From a virus (Duplodnaviria > Caudoviricetes), in IMG/VR virus record IMGVR_UViG_3300005805_000459, positions 1-24,928 of that record: a DNA stretch of 24,928 nt. One strand, given 5' to 3'. A program made the position numbers and the translations under genes. The notes beneath the pieces were generated by a model, which searched no databases, was not told the DNA's origin, and was given only the letters and a program-made list of their open reading frames with translations. Below are positions 1-8,430 of this stretch, piece after piece; position 1 is the stretch's first letter; the number at the start of each line of letters is the position of its first letter.

Positions 1-20
1 TTGCTTGCTGTCTCTGACAT
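1..20 (-). CDS. 5' end of a gene running off the window (MSETAS...)
   Basis: ATG at 20, preceded by a strong AAGGAGAG RBS and a promoter-like element at 86-114. Confidence 0.5.
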
Positions 21-42
21 GATCTCTCCTTGCGGTCGCGGT

Positions 43-297
43 TCATTGAGCCGAACGCGGGCGACCTTTCCGCATTCGTTCGCTAACTGTACAACAATCG
101 TTTCTGTATGCCAAGTGGTGCCGGCGCGAGATCGCCGCGAGCCGGATCAGGTCGCGCTCGGCCAGCGTCCAACGCTCGCGGTCGAGCATCCGTGACTCCC
201 GGCGCAGCGCTTGCGTGATCGTCGCAGCCTTGCCGACGTACGCGATCGCCGCCTGCAATGTCGCCGGGGGCGCGACGATGTGGTAGGCGTTGCGCAT
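43..297 (-). CDS. hypothetical protein (84 aa, MRNAYHIV...)
   Basis: Start moved to the ATG at 297, which overlaps the upstream TGA (TGATG coupling); no recognisable motif. Confidence 0.5.
   Translation of the reverse strand: MRNAYHIVAPPATLQAAIAYVGKAATITQALRRESRMLDRERWTLAERDLIRLAAISRRHHLAYRNDCCTVSERMRKGRPRSAQ
86..114 (-). promoter_or_regulatory. sigma70-like promoter TTGGCA-N17-TACAGT
   Basis: -35 at 109-114 and -10 at 86-91 with a 17-bp AT-rich spacer, upstream of the RBS/ATG at 20. Confidence 0.5.
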
Positions 298-380
298 CAG
301 TCGTTGTGCGCGGCGTGCCACAGGTAGCCGGCTGCAAATCCGACCGCGAGCGCGATGATGATGGCGGCATCGTGAATCAT
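297..380 (-). CDS. 27-aa single-pass membrane peptide MIHDAAIIIALAVGFAAGYLWHAAHND
   Basis: Below the ORF track cut-off; ATGA overlap with the stop at 377-379 and TGATG overlap with the next gene; hydrophobic core. Confidence 0.6.
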   Translation of the reverse strand: MIHDAAIIIALAVGFAAGYLWHAAHND

Positions 381-634
381 GCGCACTCGATCCTTTCGCG
401 GAGGTGCTCGACCAGCGCCGCGACCTTGGCCGTCTGGACGATCACGCGGCGATCATCGAACGGGTACTGGCTCTTGTGCATCCCGAGCTGGATCGCCTCG
501 TCGCGGATGGCGTCGATGAGGTCGCACGTCGTGGCTCGGCTCATTGGTCGATCGCCGACGATGGGTTCTCCGACCGGGTCGCGCGACAGGTGCGCCATGA
601 GCTGCGCGATCTTGACGATGTGGGCGTGCTGCAT
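377..634 (-). CDS. hypothetical protein (85 aa)
   Basis: TAATG coupling to the upstream gene, GGAGG RBS, protein-like composition. Confidence 0.7.
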   Translation of the reverse strand: MQHAHIVKIAQLMAHLSRDPVGEPIVGDRPMSRATTCDLIDAIRDEAIQLGMHKSQYPFDDRRVIVQTAKVAALVEHLRERIECA

Positions 635-945
635 TAGCGATCACCTCCCATCGGCATACGGCATCCGTGCGGCTCATCCTCGCAGTACGTGTCGTCTGCC
701 GCTGCGGCGATGTCCATGCGCCCGTTCATCACCGCCACGACTGCGCCCATCCAATCTTCCCGGCGGACGAATGACGCGACCTGCTTGCCGACGTACTCGG
801 GAAACTCCATGTCGCCGTGCGGCATGGCGCACTCGCAATAGTCGATGATGCTCTGCAGGCTTTCGAGGATCATGCTGCGCGAGTCCGATGGCGGGCTCTT
901 TTCGGTCAGGCGGTAGGCATTACGAAGGTTCGGGATGCTGTCCAT
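634..945 (-). CDS. hypothetical protein (103 aa)
   Basis: Strong RBS CCAAGGAGAG upstream of the ATG; coupled to the next gene. Confidence 0.75.
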   Translation of the reverse strand: MDSIPNLRNAYRLTEKSPPSDSRSMILESLQSIIDYCECAMPHGDMEFPEYVGKQVASFVRREDWMGAVVAVMNGRMDIAAAADDTYCEDEPHGCRMPMGGDR

Positions 946-948
946 TGT

Positions 949-1326
949 GTCTCTCCTTGGTTGCGGTCCTGCACGGTGCAGGCCGTTGCTCTCCGTGGAG
1001 AGCTCCGGCGCGCATCGGATCAGGCGCCCGCAAGCCTCGCCGCCTGCTCGGTGGTGATCGTTGCGATTCCGTCGATCACCGGGACCAGCTCGACCATGTT
1101 CTGGTTTGTGGACGCCTCGCAGAGCGCCTTCTCGCGCATGATCGCGCGCTCATTGTTCGACAGGTTGGAGATGTGGATCGTGGGCTGCTTGGAGGTCGCG
1201 CGCTCGAAACCCATCTTGACGAGCGCCCACTGGTAGGTCTTGCCGTTGCCGATATTGCGGATGCTGATCGTCTGTCCGTCGGTCGTCTTGAGCGTCACGT
1301 TGGTCATTTGCGTCTCTCCTTGGTTG
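949..1326 (-). repeat. 15-bp direct repeat CAACCAAGGAGAGAC (949-963 and 1312-1326) containing the RBS; partial third copy at 23-32
   Basis: Read directly from the sequence; each copy precedes an ATG. Confidence 0.85.
1020..1307 (-). CDS. hypothetical protein (95 aa), first gene of the accessory/early cassette
   Basis: Strong RBS and promoter upstream; high GC at third codon positions. Confidence 0.8.
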   Translation of the reverse strand: MTNVTLKTTDGQTISIRNIGNGKTYQWALVKMGFERATSKQPTIHISNLSNNERAIMREKALCEASTNQNMVELVPVIDGIATITTEQAARLAGA

Positions 1327-1356
1327 GGCGGGGCGACGTGCCCTGCGTACCTCTAT

Positions 1357-1384
1357 ATCGTACAGTTTGTATACGGTTCTGCAA
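1357..1384 (-). promoter_or_regulatory. sigma70-like promoter TTGCAG-N16-TACGAT with AT-rich upstream tract
   Basis: -35 at 1379-1384 and -10 at 1357-1362, in a conspicuously AT-rich intergenic gap at the structural/accessory boundary. Confidence 0.55.
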
Positions 1385-1444
1385 CCCTTTCCCAAGATTA
1401 TTCCTAAACCCCGCTCTAGTCGGCAGTTATGGAATAGTTATCGG

Positions 1445-2854
1445 CTACGACAGGTACGTCGTGGACCACGTATTGGTAGCAGTCGTCGCGCTCGTCGGCA
1501 ACTGGATGTCGCGCCCCGCAAGATCGAGGTAGCGGTCTAGGTTCGACTGCCAATCGCTCGTCGTCTTTGTGATCGTGACTTCCATGCGGTCGTCAAGTTG
1601 CCAATCGGCCGTGCCGGCGAAGACCGCAAGCCCCGGACCAAGCGCATACGGACGCGCCGCCTCGACCAAGCACACCTCATCGACAAGAAGGTTCTGCGAG
1701 GTGTTCATCTTGACCGTAAAGGCGAGGTTGAACCGCACCTCGCTCGGCAGGTCTAGCGGCGTCGTGAACGAGCCCGTCAGGCGCACCCACGATCCCGTGG
1801 CGAGGTTGCTCGACGCGAAGTTGCGCGACACGCTGCATCCGCTGATCTCGACGTTGGAGCCGTCGCGCAGCTGCAGGGCGAATGTGCCCGTCGTGATGTT
1901 CGAGCCCTTTGCACGAAGAAGCGCCGTCACGATGTAGACCGTATTCGAGCGAATGTTGGGTCTTGGTCCTTCTCCCATACGCTGAAAAATATTCTGGGCG
2001 ACCACGTTGTTTCCGACGAACTCGATCGAGTATGAGCCGCGCGCAGAGGTTGCGCTAGCGAGGAAATCCGTGCCTTCCGTGCCTGTCGTGATCGACCAAT
2101 CCAGCGGGAACGGCGTGCCGTTGACGCGCTCCATGCCGCCGTTGGAGATCATGTTCTGACCGACCACGCTTGATGCCTCGATCGATCCGCACGTCGAGTT
2201 GATCGCAAGCCGGGCGCCCGACCCGAATCCGCTGGCATTGTCCTGCCACCTGCGGTCTAGGCGATCGACCGCAGCCTTGCCCTCGATCAGCCACGCCTCG
2301 TTGCCCCGGATAAGCTTGCCGTCTCGGGCGTCCTTCGTGCAGCGCGCGTAGATCGTCTCGGGCAGGATCGAGTCATTCTGCCCCTGCTTGGTGCCGTACT
2401 TCGCGCCTCCGTACACGAACTTCCCGTCTAGCGCGACGTGCATGTTCCCGTCGCCGCCGCCCACGCGCGACAGGGCGCTTGTCGAGAAGGCGCTCGTCGT
2501 GATCGCCTGCGAGTTCTGGACCATGTCGATCGCCAGCAGGCGAAGCGCCTCGTCCACGGTCTTGACCTCGCTCAAGCCCTCGGACACGGTCTGGATGACC
2601 GTCCGTTCCATGCCTTCCTTGACGTGCGTCTGCAGCGTTCGCGCCATCTGATCGACCTGCGATTCGGAGTCGAATGACGCGATCGGGCCGAGGTATTCCT
2701 CCCGGTCGAGGGTGGTCGCCGTGTACTGCGCGCGCACCTCGTTGATGTTGGTCAGCGTCGATGACTGCTGGCTGCGCAGATCCTTGCCGAGGCTGATCAA
2801 TTTGCCGAGGCGGACGGGCAGCGAAGACGTGGTTGTCGTGTAGTCGATTGCCAT
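1445..2854 (-). CDS. virion structural protein with a galactose-binding/CBM-like domain; candidate receptor-binding protein
   Basis: Last gene of the tail module; helical N-terminus; NMISNGGME...DWSI...LVDEVCL resembles CBM4/9-type jelly-roll boundaries. Confidence 0.55.
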   Translation of the reverse strand: MAIDYTTTTSSLPVRLGKLISLGKDLRSQQSSTLTNINEVRAQYTATTLDREEYLGPIASFDSESQVDQMARTLQTHVKEGMERTVIQTVSEGLSEVKTVDEALRLLAIDMVQNSQAITTSAFSTSALSRVGGGDGNMHVALDGKFVYGGAKYGTKQGQNDSILPETIYARCTKDARDGKLIRGNEAWLIEGKAAVDRLDRRWQDNASGFGSGARLAINSTCGSIEASSVVGQNMISNGGMERVNGTPFPLDWSITTGTEGTDFLASATSARGSYSIEFVGNNVVAQNIFQRMGEGPRPNIRSNTVYIVTALLRAKGSNITTGTFALQLRDGSNVEISGCSVSRNFASSNLATGSWVRLTGSFTTPLDLPSEVRFNLAFTVKMNTSQNLLVDEVCLVEAARPYALGPGLAVFAGTADWQLDDRMEVTITKTTSDWQSNLDRYLDLAGRDIQLPTSATTATNTWSTTYLS

Positions 2855-2858
2855 TGTG

Positions 2859-3170
2859 TTACTTCCCGAAGGGTAGGGCTCGATTGAGCGCCTGCTGCCG
2901 CGCCTTGCAGCCGCAGGGACGCCTCGGCGTGGTCGGCAGGGTCACGGGAGCCTCTGGTCGTCGGCGGCTCCACAGAGCCTCCACGCGCCCCGCAAGGCGC
3001 TCGGCGATGTCGAGGCGCCCGAGGAACAGGACGCGCGCGAGCGACCGCACCGCGTCCCCTGCGCCGCGCCAACGGCCACGGTACGACGGGCATTGCCGAC
3101 AGACTCCCGGAGACGGGCGACCGCCATAGAGCCCAAGCCTGCATCCGTTGTCCCAGTGCCGGCAGGTCAT
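2859..3170 (-). CDS. small Cys-rich hypothetical protein (103 aa)
   Basis: ATGA coupling; 6 Cys (CxxC, CGC); GAGDAV...CGCKARQQALN resembles a motif I recall from uncharacterised phage proteins. Confidence 0.7.
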   Translation of the reverse strand: MTCRHWDNGCRLGLYGGRPSPGVCRQCPSYRGRWRGAGDAVRSLARVLFLGRLDIAERLAGRVEALWSRRRPEAPVTLPTTPRRPCGCKARQQALNRALPFGK

Positions 3171-4141
3171 GCCACCTCCACGGTCTGCGGGAACGTCACC
3201 CGCAGATCATCGAAATACCTGATCGCTCCGCATTCCTGATCCTCAAAGCGTCGGTCGTACTGCGGCACGTCGCCAATCTGGTATGTCCCTAGCACCGTGT
3301 CGGACGGCGAAAGGCACGGCTTGATGTAGTCGGCGAAATAGCCCGGACGGGCTGGAGCGAATGCGCTAGGCCATATCCCGTCCTCGGCAAGAGCCTTGAG
3401 GATCTCCCAAGTGAATGCCCATGTCACTCCGATTCGCAATCCATATGCACAATCTACTGTTGATCCTGTATCGACATACTGGATCATGTGCAGCCTGCCG
3501 AGAGCGTCGCCGTATGGCGTACTGACGTACTCGCCCGTGATCGGGTCAATGAACGCGCCGCAGGAATCGACCTCGGTCGGAAATGATGCCAGCGTGCTCG
3601 TCGCTTCAGTGCCGAGGAACTGGCAGCACGACCGAACGCGCACGCCGTTGGACGAGAAGCAGTATCCCGTTCGTCTGCCCTGCCACGACCACTGCCCGGC
3701 AAAGTTCTCGCCAAATGATTTCACGACCGATGACCACCCTGCTGATCCCGAGAAACGCTGTGGGCAGATCACCGTTCCGACGCTTACCGACACCGTGTAT
3801 GCAGGGCATCCGCCGCAGCCGAACGTCGTGCAGCCGGGATGGCATGGATCGCCGGGAGCCGTGGTATCTGGATCGACAATGGAGCCGGGCGACCTGTATC
3901 CGTACACCACGGACCCGCTGCCGTAGGTGATTCCGACCGGAGAGCATGGGCAACCGCAGCCGGGATACGGAGATCCGTTCTGACGTATCGCGTGATCGAC
4001 CGTCACCTCGCCCGTCACCGCAATCGCCGTGATCTGACGATCCGCCACCGCGCCCGGCCTGTCAGGATCGCTGCATGTGCAGCCCTCCACCGGGCGGCAG
4101 CAGCAGCCGGCGGACTGCGCAGCCGCCACAATCCCGCTCAT
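3167..4141 (-). CDS. Cys-rich tail-module protein (324 aa)
   Basis: ATGA coupling at both ends; 20 Cys including CCC, CTC, CGCPC, CGGC. Confidence 0.7.
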   Translation of the reverse strand: MSGIVAAAQSAGCCCRPVEGCTCSDPDRPGAVADRQITAIAVTGEVTVDHAIRQNGSPYPGCGCPCSPVGITYGSGSVVYGYRSPGSIVDPDTTAPGDPCHPGCTTFGCGGCPAYTVSVSVGTVICPQRFSGSAGWSSVVKSFGENFAGQWSWQGRRTGYCFSSNGVRVRSCCQFLGTEATSTLASFPTEVDSCGAFIDPITGEYVSTPYGDALGRLHMIQYVDTGSTVDCAYGLRIGVTWAFTWEILKALAEDGIWPSAFAPARPGYFADYIKPCLSPSDTVLGTYQIGDVPQYDRRFEDQECGAIRYFDDLRVTFPQTVEVA

Positions 4142-4458
4142 GGGAACGTGACGCCGTAGATCGCAACCGACAGGTCGGAGCCGGCGACGTAGATCGACTC
4201 GCCCGGACTGACGGGCAGCGGATGCGTGAGGAACTCAGACGCGCTCTTGCTGCTCACGGAGAACTCATACGCAAGCGCCTCGGTCGTGTTGATGGATGTC
4301 TCGCCGCGAGCGAGGTGGTACATCGTAAATTTGGCGTTGTTGTTCGTCGGGGCCGCAAGCCTGATCGACGTCAGGATCGCCTTGTTGCCGTTGGTGACCT
4401 GTATGACGGGCTCGACCGCAGTGGTAGGAGTCCCAATGTAGAGCAGTCGTCCTTGCAT
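4138..4458 (-). CDS. small beta-rich structural protein (106 aa, MQGRLLYIG...)
   Basis: Start reassigned to the ATG at 4458 (TGATG overlap); beta-strand-like pattern; tail module position. Confidence 0.65.
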   Translation of the reverse strand: MQGRLLYIGTPTTAVEPVIQVTNGNKAILTSIRLAAPTNNNAKFTMYHLARGETSINTTEALAYEFSVSSKSASEFLTHPLPVSPGESIYVAGSDLSVAIYGVTFP

Positions 4459-5309
4459 CAGAGTCCCTTCAGCATCATGCTCGCGGTGATCGATTCGGCG
4501 CCGGCCGCATCGTACGTCGATGCCAGCGCACCGCCGGGATTTGTTCCGCACGGCTGGCACTCGACCGAGAACGCCGTAGGCGCGCATGTAAACAGCGTGT
4601 CGCCCTGCGTGAATCCAAATACGCGGTCACCGGGACCGAGCTGCCGCGGAGACAGCGACGCACACGGATTGCTTGGACCGAGGAGAGCGCCGTAGTAGTC
4701 GCTCGTCTCGTACAGGTTCTCCATCGTCAGTGGCTCGCCAGACGTATCGCCGTCAGGACGCACCGAGTACATCCCGCCGCCCATCGAGGCGAGCACGGTG
4801 TAGACGCCGACCGGACCATCGTCGCGCTGCCCGACGATCATGTAGAGACCTTGCTGTGACGCAGTTTCATCGGCTGATGCGCCAGCGTCCACGTCCAGCG
4901 GTATGACGGTGACGAGCGTTCCCTGCGCTATGTTGCTGTTCTTCCGCAAGTCGATCGCCACAAGCGTCAAATCCTCGTCCTGACCTTCTTGAAGCCTTGA
5001 CTTCGTTCCGTACGCGCGCGCCGCTATCTCGACTGTTCCCGGATCGCGCGACAGGCGAACGTGGATCTGCTCGAACAGGTAGGACGTGGCATCAATGACC
5101 TGACCGCCCTCCACCGTCGCCGGCTCTCCTACGCGGCTCTCCGCGTAGATGCCCTTGATGCGGACAAGCATCGGGTACGGCGCGCGGCTCGCGCGCGGGT
5201 TCATCCCACCGCGCTGCGAGATCAGCGCCTGTACCGCGTCTTGCACCTCCGAATACTGACGCGCGGAGAGCGCTCCGAAGTTGCCTTGCGTGAAGCGACG
5301 CCAGCCCAT
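4458..5309 (-). CDS. putative tail tip/baseplate protein (283 aa)
   Basis: Position downstream of the tape measure; tight spacing; C-terminal C-x25-C-x8-C-x2-C. Confidence 0.6.
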   Translation of the reverse strand: MGWRRFTQGNFGALSARQYSEVQDAVQALISQRGGMNPRASRAPYPMLVRIKGIYAESRVGEPATVEGGQVIDATSYLFEQIHVRLSRDPGTVEIAARAYGTKSRLQEGQDEDLTLVAIDLRKNSNIAQGTLVTVIPLDVDAGASADETASQQGLYMIVGQRDDGPVGVYTVLASMGGGMYSVRPDGDTSGEPLTMENLYETSDYYGALLGPSNPCASLSPRQLGPGDRVFGFTQGDTLFTCAPTAFSVECQPCGTNPGGALASTYDAAGAESITASMMLKGL

Positions 5310-5310
5310 G

Positions 5311-5700
5311 TCAGTCTGCGAATACCTGCCACTGGATGTTGGCCGTTCCGTTTGTCGGCACTGTCACGCGCGCAACAGGGCTCTGCGTCGTGCCCGTCTG
5401 CGACGAGAGGCGCATCACCGCAGGCTCGCCCGCCTTCAGCAGCCCGAACGAGTGGAAGTTAGCGCCGTCGTAGGAGCCGATCTCGACCTCCGTGCCCGTT
5501 GACAGATTGATGAAATTGGCAAGCCCGCGCGTGGTCACATCGATGAGCGACAGCGCCTCGGTCGTAGTGCTGACGTTCTGCACGCCTCCGGCTGCTGCAT
5601 TGCCCGTCAGGTTGATCGATGCGGTGGGCGGATTGAACGTGTAGCGCAGCGTGCCCTTGCTGACCGCCATGCTTACAGTGAGTGTGATCTCGTTTGCCAT
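5311..5700 (-). CDS. small beta-rich virion protein (129 aa)
   Basis: MANEI start and T/S/G/N-rich composition typical of structural proteins; position in the tail module. Confidence 0.65.
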   Translation of the reverse strand: MANEITLTVSMAVSKGTLRYTFNPPTASINLTGNAAAGGVQNVSTTTEALSLIDVTTRGLANFINLSTGTEVEIGSYDGANFHSFGLLKAGEPAVMRLSSQTGTTQSPVARVTVPTNGTANIQWQVFAD

Positions 5701-5709
5701 GCGTTGATC

Positions 5710-6600
5710 CTATGGGATGGTGGACAGGTATTGATTCAGCTCGCGGTGCTCGGAGAGGCGCGGGAACGGCTGCACCCAAGAGACGATCTTCGCCTGACCG
5801 TTCTCGTCCTTCAGCGGCTTGCCGTCCACCTCAAGGGCCGTCTGAACGAGGTGGCTGAAGTTGTCAGCCGCGAACTCGTAGGAGACGCTCCACTTGCCCG
5901 GCGCGATGTTCGACCACTGCGCACCCTTGAATAGGACAGACCCGGCTGGGATGCCGAGGAACGATGACTTGTTGCGAGTGCTGGCGAGCGTGCGGATCAG
6001 CTCGACATTGGGGATGTAGCCAAGCGTCACGTCAACCGTGATCTGCTCGCGCACAGTCTCGATGCTGACCGGACGACCGTTCACGTCGATCTTGCGACCA
6101 CCGATGTCGCTCTCTGGCGTGCCGACCCTGTAGATCGGCAGTCCCGTGACGGTCTTCGATGCGTATACGGAGTCCCACTCGTCTGCCGTGTCATGGAGCC
6201 GCCATCCCTCCATGAAGCCGCCCTCGGTGCGACCGCGCACCGTCAAGTAGCCCTCGTCGTTGGGCGCAAGCTGCGTGAGCGGAGACGACACAGGGCCCGT
6301 GCCCGATAGCGTCACCTCGCGGTAGGTGATCGAGACAAGCCACTTGTCGAGGACCGACTCGTCCTTGCGAAGGTCGAAGTCGATCGCCACAAGGCGAACG
6401 CTCGGCACAAGCCCGGACAGGCTCGGATATGCGCTGAACTTGTTGGGTAGGTTCGTTGGCGGCTCGCCGTCAATCTTGAATAGCGCGTAGACCGCAGCCT
6501 CGTCTGCGCATCCAGTGACGGTGAACTCGCGCGTTCCAACCGGGCTTCCGTTGTTGTAGGCGATGCGGCGGCTTGTCGCCAGTTCGATCACAGTCGCCAT
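5710..6600 (-). CDS. putative distal tail/baseplate hub protein (296 aa)
   Basis: Immediately follows the tape measure (TGATG coupling); assignment by synteny only. Confidence 0.55.
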   Translation of the reverse strand: MATVIELATSRRIAYNNGSPVGTREFTVTGCADEAAVYALFKIDGEPPTNLPNKFSAYPSLSGLVPSVRLVAIDFDLRKDESVLDKWLVSITYREVTLSGTGPVSSPLTQLAPNDEGYLTVRGRTEGGFMEGWRLHDTADEWDSVYASKTVTGLPIYRVGTPESDIGGRKIDVNGRPVSIETVREQITVDVTLGYIPNVELIRTLASTRNKSSFLGIPAGSVLFKGAQWSNIAPGKWSVSYEFAADNFSHLVQTALEVDGKPLKDENGQAKIVSWVQPFPRLSEHRELNQYLSTIP

Positions 6601-7832
6601 CAGTTGAACCCTTCTCGAATGTCAGCGATTCTTCGCTGGATGTCCTCGATCCGTTCCAGAACTTCCAGCTGCTGCGTCGCCTTGTCAAGGATTCCCCGAC
6701 TGATCTCGGCAGCGTCTCCAGTGGCAAACGTGAACGCTCCGAGCGCCGTGTCTCCCGTCCCTATGCCTCCAGCCATGCCGGCCATCAGGTCCGCGAGCCG
6801 CTGTCCGCGCGTTGGCGCTGCGGCGGTTCCTGCCTGCTGCAACTGCGCTTCGAGCGCGAGGATCGCCTCCTGCGTGTTGCCTCTGATGAAGCGGTCGTAG
6901 GCGTCCTCTTGAGCTTTAATTCTTCGGTCCTCCTCCTCGGCTGCGCGTTCCTGCTGTGCCGCGCGTTCCTTTTCTGCGCGAGCCATCTCAGAAGCGGCAC
7001 GGGCCTCTCGGTCAGCAGTCTCACGATCAAACTGCATTTGCACTTGCTTGAGCGCAGTTTCCATTGCCGCATTTACGCGACGGCGACCCGCAAGCGCCTC
7101 TTCTGTAAGCGATTCACTTGTCCTGAACATCTCGCGATTCACAGACTGCACGGTATTTGGCGAGTATCCAACAGTTCCGAATGCTGAACCACGCATTGCA
7201 GAATTGATTTCTGCTGCCTGTTTGAGAGCCCTCTGGTATGCCTCCTCGTCGTACTTCTTTTCGGTCTGGTTGAACTGCTCAGTAGCCTTGGCTGCGCTCT
7301 CGCGAATTGCCTTCTCCATCTCAGCCTTCTTGGCAAGGCGAGCCTCCTCCTCGGTTGCCCCGAGCGCAAGCAATCGCTGGTATTCAGCCTCAGAGTCAAT
7401 ACGCGCTTGCTGCATGGCGATCGCATTCCTGCGCGCCTCATCCGTACCCATCGGTCCGCCCATCAACGGATCAAATGCCATCGCCGCCAGTTCGCCAAGC
7501 GCGCCGACCACAGGCAGCGACTTCAGGCCCTCGGCGATGCCCTCGGCGAGCGACAGTCCAATCTCCTCTGCAGTGCCTCCAGCCTTGATCCCGTCAACCA
7601 GCTTGCGCAGCGCGTCGTCAGCGACCTTTAGCGCAAAGCCTGCACCCACCGCCGCCTGAAGCTTTTTAGCGATGCCATTGCTCCATGAGTCCATCAGGCG
7701 ATCAACGGTACTGCCCGTGCCCTTGGTCGCTGCCACAATGCGCCGATCCGCGTCCGACAGGGCGCGATCAAGCATCGTCGTGTTGACCGCAAAGTCCAGC
7801 GTTAGCGACGGGTTGCCGCCTGCCATGCTCAT
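6600..7832 (-). CDS. tape measure protein (short, ~410 aa)
   Basis: Follows the chaperone pair; Ala/Glu/Arg-rich helical and coiled-coil sequence with hydrophobic Gly/Ala segments. Confidence 0.75.
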   Translation of the reverse strand: MSMAGGNPSLTLDFAVNTTMLDRALSDADRRIVAATKGTGSTVDRLMDSWSNGIAKKLQAAVGAGFALKVADDALRKLVDGIKAGGTAEEIGLSLAEGIAEGLKSLPVVGALGELAAMAFDPLMGGPMGTDEARRNAIAMQQARIDSEAEYQRLLALGATEEEARLAKKAEMEKAIRESAAKATEQFNQTEKKYDEEAYQRALKQAAEINSAMRGSAFGTVGYSPNTVQSVNREMFRTSESLTEEALAGRRRVNAAMETALKQVQMQFDRETADREARAASEMARAEKERAAQQERAAEEEDRRIKAQEDAYDRFIRGNTQEAILALEAQLQQAGTAAAPTRGQRLADLMAGMAGGIGTGDTALGAFTFATGDAAEISRGILDKATQQLEVLERIEDIQRRIADIREGFN

Positions 7833-8056
7833 CCGTGGAGTCTCCTCATCTGTTCCTCAACTCTAGCGCGGTGGTCGCCCGCGCCCGAGCCGCTGCCCTT
7901 GCCGTTCTCCATGCGGATGATGTCGTTGACGACTTCCATGAGCGCGTCAAGGTCGCTCATGTCCATGTCAAGCGGGTTCCCGATGCCCGGCAGGTAGCGG
8001 GCGATGATGCCGGCCGACTTCAGCAGGGAGGCGTCGGTCGGCTCGTCGCGTTTGGG
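7829..8056 (-). CDS. tail assembly chaperone, frameshift-extended (gpT-like) part
   Basis: Open -1 frame PKRDEPTDASLLKSAG...RRLHG entered at CCCAAAC; its stop overlaps the tape measure ATG. Confidence 0.7.
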   Translation of the reverse strand, partial: PKRDEPTDASLLKSAGIIARYLPGIGNPLDMDMSDLDALMEVVNDIIRMENGKGSGSGAGDHRARVEEQMRRLHG

Positions 8057-8430
8057 TCGGCGCTGCCTTCCTGCGTGACCTTGAATCCGAGGCAGCGGTA
8101 GGCGCACATGATGACCTCATCAGGCTCTACGCCCGTCAGCGCCTCGTCAAGCGCATCCCGGCCCACGCCTGCGCGCTTGGCCGCACGGTCAAGGATGGCG
8201 AGCGAGCCGTCGATGGTCTTGCACATGGCCGCGAGGACGCTGTAGGTGCTGTGGTCCCTTGCGAAGTCCTCGACCGCCTTGGCGACCTCCATTGCGTCCG
8301 AGCCCGCACGGCGCATCGAGGACTCGATCCGTGCTTGCTCGCGCCCGACCCACTCGCGCGACAGCTCCAGCCAGTCGCGTGCGGACAGGATTCGGAGGAC
8401 CATGCCGTTGATCGTGGGCTGTGGATTCAT
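8020..8430 (-). CDS. tail assembly chaperone (gpG-like, 136 aa, MNPQPTING...)
   Basis: Between tail tube and tape measure; ATG at 8430 overlaps the upstream TGA; ends shortly after a slippery heptamer. Confidence 0.7.
   Translation of the reverse strand: MNPQPTINGMVLRILSARDWLELSREWVGREQARIESSMRRAGSDAMEVAKAVEDFARDHSTYSVLAAMCKTIDGSLAILDRAAKRAGVGRDALDEALTGVEPDEVIMCAYRCLGFKVTQEGSADPNATSRPTPPC
8050..8056 (-). other. programmed -1 ribosomal frameshift heptamer C CCA AAC
   Basis: X XXY YYZ pattern in the correct phase (GAC CCA AAC = D-P-N), joining the two chaperone ORFs. Confidence 0.75.
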
